From a virus: DNA of 27,103 nucleotides. Under the pieces are notes generated by a model. That model did not search any database, had not been told where the DNA came from, and was given only the letters and a program-made list of their open reading frames with translations. Shown piece after piece: positions 18,901 to 25,860 of the stretch. The stretch covers positions 1 through 27,103 of IMG/VR virus record IMGVR_UViG_3300045988_077674; one strand, written 5' to 3'. Each line of letters starts with the position of its first letter. Position 1 is the stretch's first letter. Made by a program: the position numbers and the translations under genes.

Positions 18901-19953
18901 ATGGCAATCAAGGCAGTCAATCAGATTGACGTAATCGACTTAACGGATGGATATTCCGTTGTTTTAACAAATGATAATTATACATTCTTAGGCACTACTA
19001 GTGCTGTAAATGGTACACAGACAACTACTACACAGGTGATGGCATTATGTGGTAGTGAACAGGTTCCATGTACGGTAGGAACTATTACATGCCCTACAGG
19101 AATTTCAGCAGTTTCTGATGGTAAGACACCAATGCCAACAATTACTATCACTGCAACATCTGCATTAACTAAGAGTGGTACTATCACTATCCCTATCGTT
19201 GTAAATGGTGATATCACTATTAACAAAACTTTTAGTTACTCAATTGCATTTAAAGGGCAGACAGGACAAAATGGTACAAGTGTAACTGTAAGGTCAACAT
19301 CTGTAACATACCAGGTCGGTGCAAGTGGTACTACTAAGCCAACTGGAGAATGGAAAACTGAAGTACCTAGTGTACCGAATGGGCAGTTCTTATGGACAAA
19401 GACGGTAGTAAATTATTCAGACGGCAAATCAACAGAAGCCTACTCAGTTTCTTATAAAGGTACAAATGGTACGAACGGTTCAAACGGTACAAGTGTTACT
19501 GTAAGTTCAACTTCTGTAACATATCAAGCAGGCACAAGTGGAACTACTCCTCCGACAGGAACTTGGAGTCCTACGGTTCCTAATGTGGCAAATGGTCAAT
19601 ATCTATGGACAAAGACAGTAGTGAATTACTCAGATGGAAAGTCTACTGAATCATATTCTGTATCTTACAAAGGCACAAATGGAATCAATGGAACAAACGG
19701 TAAGGATGCTATCACAATGGCAATCACTTCAAGCGGTGGAACAATCTTCAAAAACACTGCCATTGCTACAACTTTAACTGCTCACGTTTATAAAGGTGGA
19801 GTTGAAGTGACTGGCTCTGCTTTATCTAGTTTAGGAACTATTAAGTGGTATAAAGATGGAGGAACTACTGCAGTAGCGACAGGTACGACTTATACAATCG
19901 GTGCTGGTGACATTTCGAACAAAGCTACATTTAGTGCTCAATTGGAGGGATAG
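18901..19953 (+). CDS. tail fibre / minor structural protein with tandem repeated domain
   Basis: 350 aa, AGGAGG SD. It contains two 71-aa tandem repeats and a C-terminal Ig-like segment (TLTAHVYKGG...IKWYKDGG). Confidence 0.6.
   Translation: MAIKAVNQIDVIDLTDGYSVVLTNDNYTFLGTTSAVNGTQTTTTQVMALCGSEQVPCTVGTITCPTGISAVSDGKTPMPTITITATSALTKSGTITIPIVVNGDITINKTFSYSIAFKGQTGQNGTSVTVRSTSVTYQVGASGTTKPTGEWKTEVPSVPNGQFLWTKTVVNYSDGKSTEAYSVSYKGTNGTNGSNGTSVTVSSTSVTYQAGTSGTTPPTGTWSPTVPNVANGQYLWTKTVVNYSDGKSTESYSVSYKGTNGINGTNGKDAITMAITSSGGTIFKNTAIATTLTAHVYKGGVEVTGSALSSLGTIKWYKDGGTTAVATGTTYTIGAGDISNKATFSAQLEG
19273..19698 (+). repeat. 2 x 213-bp in-frame tandem repeat inside the fibre gene
   Basis: GGTACAAGTGT... 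restarts at 19486, which is 213 nt after 19273. The copies encode GTSVTV(R/S)STSVTYQ...PTG(E/T)W...P(S/N)V(P/A)NGQ(F/Y)LWTKTVVNYSDGKSTE(A/S)YSVSYKGTNG. Confidence 0.9.
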
Positions 19954-19955
19954 AT

Positions 19956-21182
19956 ATGACAATTAAAGCAACGGCTTTAATTACATTAACTAGAGTAAAT
20001 GATGGTAAAGGTATTAAGTCTACATCAGTAACTTATCAAATATGGTCAAATGGTACTTCAACTCCGACTGGCACATGGTCATCTACTCCTCCAAAAACTA
20101 CTGCTGATAAACCATACTTATGGACAAGGACAGTAATTACTTATAGCGATAACACTCAGAGTACTTCGTATTCTGTTGGAAGTACTCCTGAAGGGATTCA
20201 AGTTGGTGGTAGGAATTTGATTGATAGGTCTGATAATCTGAAGAATTGGGAATGGAGATCACAACGAGGTGATCAATACACAATTGATTATGCGGATGAC
20301 TATGCAACGATAAATGTTACTACCCCTGGCACTGGGTGGCAGTATACATCTTATAAACTGAACACTAGAGCTGTATTAGCAAGATTAAAACCAAATACTG
20401 ATTATACACTGTCTTTTAAATGCGAAGGGGAAATCAATGGATGTAATGTAGATATCAGAGATAATGATTCACATAACATTATTACTAAGACTGCAGTAAT
20501 AAAAGTCACTAATGGTATTGCGTCAGCCATACTTCACACATACGATTCCATTAAATCGAGCAATCAACTTATATATATTAGCGGACTTAATAAAAAAGGA
20601 ATGTTCAAATTAGGTCGTCCAAAACTCGAACTCGGTAACAAAGCCACAGACTGGACTCCAGCGCCTGAAGATGTAGATGAAGCAATAAATACAGAACGCA
20701 CTGAGCGACAGTCTGCTATTGAGACTAAAGCAAATGAAATTACTTCAAAAGTTAGTGAAACTTATGTATCAAATTCGGCATTTGAGCATTATCAAAATAC
20801 TGTATCAACTCAGTTCACTCAAACAAAGAAGGACTTTACATGGTCAATCAATCAATCAGTAACTGATGCTAAGAATGAGATGAGCGGTCAAATTGACAGT
20901 GTAAATGGAAGATTAGATGGTTTGAAACAAACCACAGACAACGTAAACAGTTATATGTCGTTTGATAATGACGCATTAACTTTAGGTAAATCAGACAGTG
21001 CATTTAAAACTAAGATTACAAACCAAGAATGGTCGATTCAAAAGAATGGTGCAAAGGTAACATACATAAATGACCAAACAATGTACATTACAGATGGTCA
21101 ATTTACGCAGTCTTTAAAAGTAGGTGCATTTGGATTTGTGCCAAGAGCAAATGGCTCTTTAGACTTTAAGAAAGTAGGGTGA
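19956..21182 (+). CDS. tail fibre / baseplate protein with carbohydrate-binding-like module (gp58-like architecture)
   Basis: 408 aa. The N-terminus carries a third copy of the SVTYQ...PTGTW...YLWTRTV.TYSD domain. A GGRNLI... module ends in KLELGNKATDWTPAPEDV, followed by a short coiled coil and a C-terminal beta-rich region. Confidence 0.6.
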   Translation: MTIKATALITLTRVNDGKGIKSTSVTYQIWSNGTSTPTGTWSSTPPKTTADKPYLWTRTVITYSDNTQSTSYSVGSTPEGIQVGGRNLIDRSDNLKNWEWRSQRGDQYTIDYADDYATINVTTPGTGWQYTSYKLNTRAVLARLKPNTDYTLSFKCEGEINGCNVDIRDNDSHNIITKTAVIKVTNGIASAILHTYDSIKSSNQLIYISGLNKKGMFKLGRPKLELGNKATDWTPAPEDVDEAINTERTERQSAIETKANEITSKVSETYVSNSAFEHYQNTVSTQFTQTKKDFTWSINQSVTDAKNEMSGQIDSVNGRLDGLKQTTDNVNSYMSFDNDALTLGKSDSAFKTKITNQEWSIQKNGAKVTYINDQTMYITDGQFTQSLKVGAFGFVPRANGSLDFKKVG

Positions 21183-21186
21183 TTGA

Positions 21187-23151
21187 ATGGCAGAATTTAG
21201 TGGCGGAATACAAATTGGTAGTGGCCAGTGGGATAAGTATTCGTTAATATTACGAATCAATGAAATATCTTATTCTATTGAAAACAACACATCACGGGTG
21301 TATTGGTGGGTTGGTATTCGTTCAAATACACAGTACCATAATCACCAAGGATTGAGCGAACACTATAAAGTGGTAGTGAATGGTTCAACAGTACACGATG
21401 CTAGCCATACAGTTTCGTGTGGTAGTGGCCAAACTGTTGGAATCGCAGATGGATATACAACAGTATCGCACAATGCAGATGGTTCCAAATCAATTAGCGT
21501 AAGTGCATCATTTAGTTGTGACAATACAAGTTATTACGCACCTCGAACTGGTTCTTGTAGTGGTTCGTTGACATTAACAACCATTCCAAGAGCATCAAGT
21601 ATATCTATTGATAGTCCTAGTATTGAATGTGGTAACACTATTAATATTAACGGTTCGAGTGCTTCAAAGAACTTTACGCATAAAATCTACGCAACATGGA
21701 ATGGTAAAACAAGTGAATTAGTAACGATAGCTAGTGGTACAACAACCCCTAGCTTTTCTTATACCATTCCTACGGCATGGGAAAAGGACTTACCTAACTC
21801 AACAAGTGGCATCGCAACGTTTACTTTAGAAACATTCAGTGGGTCAAATTCCGTTGGTTCTAAGTCGGTAAATGCAACTATCAAAGTCAGAAGCGGTGTA
21901 GTTCCTAGTATTGGAACAGTCTCGATATCTGATACAAATTCAATTTGCACAGGAATAGGACAATATGTTCAAAGCCAATCAAGATTAAAGTTCTCAATCG
22001 CTACAAGTGGTGCGCAAGGTTCAACTGTTACATCTGTATCAACAAAATTTGAAGGGCAAACATACAATAGTAGTTCTTTTACAACTGGCACTGTACAAGG
22101 TAGTGGCACATTATCGTACGTAATCACTGTTACAGACTCACGTGGTCGAACTGCATCTAAGAGCGGTTCAGTTACTGTGTCGGCATATAGTTCACCTACA
22201 TTAACGAATGTGACTGCAAAACGTGCTAACTCAAGTTATGTAGTAGATGAAGCAAGTGGAACATATGCGTTATTACATTTCAAAGTAGGATTTACTAGTT
22301 TAACTGGAAATAATGCGACATCATTCTACATCCAATATCGAGCTAGCGGTGCTAGTTCATGGACGAAAATAAATTCATGGGATAACAACTATACTCTTGA
22401 GCAAGATTACAAAGCAGGTAATTTATTTACATCCGCAACAAGTTCTTATGAAGTAGCCTTCGGTGTTAAGGATTCATTTATGAGTGATTATTCTTGGAAA
22501 GTTGTTACAGTTACGCCTACTTACACGTTGATTAACTTCGGTAAAGATGGTAAATCACTTACTTTCTTTGGCCAAGATGGTAACAGTGCGAATACTTTAA
22601 CAATCAATGGTGATCTAGCAATTAATTCGGTAAAAGAAAACACATCTTCAACTAAGCTATTAGTTGCTAATGGCAGTACTGTTATGTATCGTGATTGGAA
22701 TAAATTGGTAAACTCAATCAAGAGTGCAATGTACCCAGTAGGTTCGGTTTATATCACATACAATAATGTCAATCCTGGCACATTCCTAGGTGGAACTTGG
22801 GAACGTTTTGGACAAGGTAGAACTTTGGTCGGTGAAGGTACAGGAAATGACGGTAGTACAAGTATGTCCTTTACTGCTAATAGCACTGGAGGCAGTTATA
22901 AACATAACCATATTTATGGAATAAAAGTAAATGAGTATTATAGTGTTACATCAAATTTAAGAGTCCGTAAATCAGATGGCTCATGGCAAGGTGGTATAAG
23001 AGATGGAACAGGACATGCATATTTTAATAACTGTAGCCAAGCAGGCAATAAAGAATTAAATACAGATACATATAAAATCGAATCAAACACTTCAAATTCA
23101 GGTACTATACAACCGTATATAGTTGTTTTCTTTTGGAGAAGAACTGCTTAA
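21187..23151 (+). CDS. putative receptor-binding / baseplate protein (DUF859-like N-terminus)
   Basis: 654 aa. The N-terminus (SRVYWWVGIRSN...HNADGSKSISVSASF) resembles siphovirus DUF859. The Ser/Thr-rich middle looks like beta domains. The C-terminal YPVGSVYITYNNVNPGTFLGGTWERFGQGRTLVG motif is common at fibre tips of Gram-positive phages. Confidence 0.6.
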   Translation: MAEFSGGIQIGSGQWDKYSLILRINEISYSIENNTSRVYWWVGIRSNTQYHNHQGLSEHYKVVVNGSTVHDASHTVSCGSGQTVGIADGYTTVSHNADGSKSISVSASFSCDNTSYYAPRTGSCSGSLTLTTIPRASSISIDSPSIECGNTININGSSASKNFTHKIYATWNGKTSELVTIASGTTTPSFSYTIPTAWEKDLPNSTSGIATFTLETFSGSNSVGSKSVNATIKVRSGVVPSIGTVSISDTNSICTGIGQYVQSQSRLKFSIATSGAQGSTVTSVSTKFEGQTYNSSSFTTGTVQGSGTLSYVITVTDSRGRTASKSGSVTVSAYSSPTLTNVTAKRANSSYVVDEASGTYALLHFKVGFTSLTGNNATSFYIQYRASGASSWTKINSWDNNYTLEQDYKAGNLFTSATSSYEVAFGVKDSFMSDYSWKVVTVTPTYTLINFGKDGKSLTFFGQDGNSANTLTINGDLAINSVKENTSSTKLLVANGSTVMYRDWNKLVNSIKSAMYPVGSVYITYNNVNPGTFLGGTWERFGQGRTLVGEGTGNDGSTSMSFTANSTGGSYKHNHIYGIKVNEYYSVTSNLRVRKSDGSWQGGIRDGTGHAYFNNCSQAGNKELNTDTYKIESNTSNSGTIQPYIVVFFWRRTA

Positions 23152-23364
23152 TTTATGCAATCCTTTTCCATCTTTACGGCCGTTTTCAAGCTTTTGAAGA
23201 ATCATTTCCTGGAGAATATCATTGTTCAGTTCCTCAATTTGATAACTGCCAAGTGATGGCAGTATGTGATTGTGGATCACATTACAATAATTTGTGTAAG
23301 TGCTGTATTTTAGATAGATTTTCTTTTCCTTTAACCAGGATGTTAATTTGTCAGAATATAGCAT
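23152..23364 (-). pseudogene. 5' fragment (~70 codons) of a tyrosine recombinase/integrase gene
   Basis: MLYSDKLTSWLKEKKIYLKYSTYTNYCNVIHNHILPSLGSYQIEELNNDILQEMILQKLENGRKDGKGL matches the N-terminal SAM-like core-binding domain of tyrosine recombinases. A GAGG SD is retained upstream of ATG 23364. The similarity ends within ~9 nt of the + strand receptor-binding gene stop (23149-23151). No catalytic domain is present. Confidence 0.6.
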
Positions 23365-23407
23365 TTTTGTTTACCTCGCTTTTTTTATATTAATAGGAGG
23401 ATTTTAT

Positions 23408-23656
23408 ATGACTAAAGTTCATGAAATCAATTTAAATACAAAGTTATGGAATTTCTTTACGGAACATGACTTTATTATTCTTGATTTGACAGATAAACAA
23501 ATCAATGAACAAGATTACGTGTTATTCAAACAAGTGTCTTTAGATGAAGGAAAAGAAACTGATACAGGTTTGTTTAGAATGACACAAATTCGTAGCATCA
23601 CAACTAACGATGGTTTCAAAGATGGTTATGTGATGTTGAACGTAACTAAATTATAG
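23408..23656 (+). CDS. small ASCH/DUF3850-like (PUA-fold) protein
   Basis: I chose ATG 23408 after TAGGAGGA. The 82-aa product (KVHEINLNTKLWNFF...DYVLFKQV...TGLFRMTQIRSI) resembles the DUF3850 pattern. Confidence 0.45.
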   Translation: MTKVHEINLNTKLWNFFTEHDFIILDLTDKQINEQDYVLFKQVSLDEGKETDTGLFRMTQIRSITTNDGFKDGYVMLNVTKL

Positions 23657-23664
23657 ATATTGCG

Positions 23665-23688
23665 GAGTCTAGAAATAGGCTCGTTTTT
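23665..23688 (+). terminator. weak terminator-like hairpin
   Basis: GAGTCT-AGAAAT-AGGCTC forms 6 bp with one G-U pair, then GTTTTT. Confidence 0.3.
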
Positions 23689-23712
23689 AATAAGTCTAAT
23701 AGGAGGATCAAT

Positions 23713-23985
23713 ATGAATTTAGATTTTACACAAGTTACAAATTATTTTGTTTTAGTTGTTTTGGTAGCGTGCTTAGTTGTCGGATATATTTTAAAAACAT
23801 CATTTACAAGTTTTCCTAATAAATATATTCCAACAGTGCTTGCTTTAATTGGAATGACATTAAATCTAGCGGTATCAGGTCTTTCGATTGAAAGTGCCGT
23901 ATATGGAGCGGTTATGGGATTGGCATCTACCGGACTGCATCAGGCATTTACACGTTTCATTGAAGGCCAAACAGAAGAAAAATAA
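23713..23985 (+). CDS. holin (phiLC3 / phage_holin_1 family)
   Basis: 90 aa. TAGGAGGA SD, hydrophobic helices, the conserved GLASTGLHQ motif and a charged C-terminus. Confidence 0.85.
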   Translation: MNLDFTQVTNYFVLVVLVACLVVGYILKTSFTSFPNKYIPTVLALIGMTLNLAVSGLSIESAVYGAVMGLASTGLHQAFTRFIEGQTEEK

Positions 23986-23999
23986 AGTAGGTGGTTTGT

Positions 24000-24395
24000 A
24001 TGAATTTTACGATTACAAGCCAGCAGATTGTATGGATTTGTGGCTTCATAGCATCCGTTTGGGGAGTTGTGAAGATTATTAAAGAATTGAAAAAGCCGAG
24101 CGATGATTTAAAGGCTACAGTCAAAAGACATGATGAGTTATTACATAAGGATAACGAGCGATTGAACTCATTGGAAAAGATTACGTTGAATCAAGAAGGA
24201 ATCAACAAAAAGCTAGAAGAACATACTCGCATCCTATCAGATCATGATGACCGGTTGGAAGAGGATAAGAAGCGAGGCGATCTGATGTTAAAGGCGAACA
24301 TGGCCATCCTCGATGGAATGCTATCAGAAGATGATAAAGAAAGCCTAAAGGCTACACGAAAGGAAATTCAGGACTTTTTAGTCGAAAAAAATTAG
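24000..24395 (+). CDS. membrane-anchored coiled-coil protein of the lysis cassette
   Basis: ATG 24000 follows GTAGGTGG. An N-terminal TM helix (IVWICGFIASVWGVV) is followed by a charged coiled coil. It lies between the holin and endolysin genes. Confidence 0.55.
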   Translation: MNFTITSQQIVWICGFIASVWGVVKIIKELKKPSDDLKATVKRHDELLHKDNERLNSLEKITLNQEGINKKLEEHTRILSDHDDRLEEDKKRGDLMLKANMAILDGMLSEDDKESLKATRKEIQDFLVEKN

Positions 24396-24407
24396 GAGGT
24401 ATAATTC

Positions 24408-24512
24408 ATGGAAGAAAAAGAAGTAAAATTTGAAGAATTATCAGAAGAAGCTCAATCTGAGTTATCAAATGGAAAAGAAGAAGGTGAAGAAGAATGTCAT
24501 ATTCAAGCTTAA
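24408..24512 (+). CDS. candidate 34-aa highly acidic small ORF overlapping the endolysin start
   Basis: AGGAGG lies 8 nt before ATG 24408. Product: MEEKEVKFEELSEEAQSELSNGKEEGEEECHIQA. It overlaps the endolysin start at 24494 by 19 nt in another frame. It is below the ORF-track length cutoff. Confidence 0.35.
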   Translation: MEEKEVKFEELSEEAQSELSNGKEEGEEECHIQA

Positions 24513-25591
24513 CAAATAAATATATTCCTGCTAGTGCAGATAACTATATGCGAGGACGTGGTGGCTATAAAGTATGTAAAATCACACCTCATCATATGGC
24601 ATGTCAGTGGAGTGCCGAAAGATGCGCTCAATCATTCCAAGTAAGTGGAAGAATGGCTAGCGCAAACTATTGTATCGGTTCAGATGGTACGATTGTTGCG
24701 AATGTTGATGAAGAAAATCGTGCATGGACATCAAGTAATTACTACAACGATTGCCAAGCTATCACAATTGAAGTTGCAAATGAAACGTGTGCGCCTAATT
24801 GGACTATCTCAACTAAAGCATGGAATGCATTGGTAAATTTATGTGTTGATATTTGTAAGAGATACGGATTTAGATTAAATTATACAGGAAATGCGAATGG
24901 AAGTTTGACAGAACATAGAATGTTTGCAAGTACAAGTTGCCCAGGTCCTTTCCTACACGATAGAATGCCTCAATTAGCACAAGAAGTAAATGCTAGATTA
25001 GATGGTCAAACAGTAGCACCAACGCAACCAAGTACTCCAAGCGCTCCAAGTGGCGAAAAATATTCAGTCGGTACACCTATCTGCACAAATACATTAAGTG
25101 TAAATTGCTACGGAACTTCTAAAATCTTAAAAGGAGATTGGAGTGGAACAATCGGACGTGTAATCAAAGGTGCTAAATATCCATATCGTGTTGATCGTAA
25201 TGGGGTAGCAATTGGATGGACGAATGATGCAGGTATCGATACAGACCCTCATACACCAGTAGGAACGACGCAATCAAGTAGTGAAGCTATCGACCAAATC
25301 TTGCACGAAGGAAGCTATGTTACATCTGTGCACATGAAAATCGGCAATCAAGGTTTGAAGAAAATCGGCGATGATTTATGTGCATACCTCTCACAATTAG
25401 GCGGTTGGTTTCCAATTCGTATGGTAGACAAAGTGCCAAACTCAGATGGATATAATGACAATGTATTGCATACCACAAATGCAGTAGTCTATGTATCTAG
25501 AATCAGAGTCGATGCAGTGAATGTTCAAAAGAATATTGTTAAAATTGGCGGTATTTGGGTTGACCCAACACCATTAACAGAAATTGCATAA
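24494..25591 (+). CDS. endolysin: N-acetylmuramoyl-L-alanine amidase (Amidase_2/PGRP fold) with C-terminal cell-wall-binding region
   Basis: ITPHHMA...ASANYCIG...ENRAWTS...ITIEVAN...LTEHRMFASTSCPGP fits the zinc-amidase motifs. A Pro/Ser/Thr linker (APTQPSTPSAPSG) leads to ~190 aa of SH3b-like binding region. Confidence 0.92.
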   Translation: MSYSSLTNKYIPASADNYMRGRGGYKVCKITPHHMACQWSAERCAQSFQVSGRMASANYCIGSDGTIVANVDEENRAWTSSNYYNDCQAITIEVANETCAPNWTISTKAWNALVNLCVDICKRYGFRLNYTGNANGSLTEHRMFASTSCPGPFLHDRMPQLAQEVNARLDGQTVAPTQPSTPSAPSGEKYSVGTPICTNTLSVNCYGTSKILKGDWSGTIGRVIKGAKYPYRVDRNGVAIGWTNDAGIDTDPHTPVGTTQSSSEAIDQILHEGSYVTSVHMKIGNQGLKKIGDDLCAYLSQLGGWFPIRMVDKVPNSDGYNDNVLHTTNAVVYVSRIRVDAVNVQKNIVKIGGIWVDPTPLTEIA

Positions 25592-25600
25592 ATATAATGA

Positions 25601-25631
25601 AGCCTACGTGTAATGCGTAGGTTCTTTTTTT
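25601..25631 (+). terminator. rho-independent terminator of the lysis/late operon
   Basis: AGCCTACG-TGTAATG-CGTAGGTT forms an 8-bp stem, followed by C and TTTTTTT. Confidence 0.8.
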
Positions 25632-25632
25632 A

Positions 25633-25641
25633 TGCTATAAT
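25633..25641 (+). promoter_or_regulatory. extended -10 element TGCTATAAT
   Basis: TGnTATAAT immediately after the lysin terminator. No clear -35. A T8 run follows about 50 nt downstream. Confidence 0.3.
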
Positions 25642-25808
25642 TAAATCAGACCATGGTGCACGAGAATTATACGTTAACCGTGTGTGTTTTTTTTAGCTAG
25701 CTAAAGAGTAGCTCATGTACTAATGTACAAGGAGCACCTTAAATCGTATGTATCTATGCGGTTTATGCCATTATCTCGTATACCATTTATTAGGTATAAG
25801 GAGAAACG

Positions 25809-25850
25809 AAGCCACTAGGCATTTAGTTGTTTAGTGGCTTTTGCATTTTT
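25809..25850 (+). terminator. terminator-like hairpin in the non-coding region
   Basis: AAGCCACTA (25809-25817) pairs with TAGTGGCTT (25832-25840), a 9-bp perfect stem, followed by TTGCATTTTT. Confidence 0.5.
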
Positions 25851-25851
25851 A

Positions 25852-25860
25852 TGATATAAT
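25852..25860 (+). promoter_or_regulatory. extended -10 element TGATATAAT (same 9-mer as at 2343)
   Basis: A perfect TGnTATAAT. An ATG at 25866, 5 nt downstream, opens a 43-codon ORF with no SD, so it could be a leaderless mRNA. Confidence 0.35.

Noticed and set aside
19456-19698. Collagen-like Gly-X-Y runs (GTNGTNGSNGT, GTNGINGTNGKD) in the fibre gene.
   Set aside because: They are only 3-4 triplets each, too short for a collagen triple helix. I read them as linkers between repeat units.
23133-23393. An 86-aa Cys-rich + strand ORF after the receptor-binding gene.
   Set aside because: It starts inside the receptor-binding gene, has no SD, and is the exact antisense of the much more protein-like recombinase N-terminal fragment.
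23888-24836. Out-of-frame + strand ORFs at 23888-24082 and 24645-24836.
   Set aside because: Each is nested inside, or bridges, well-supported lysis genes (holin and the membrane protein; the endolysin), and neither has an SD.
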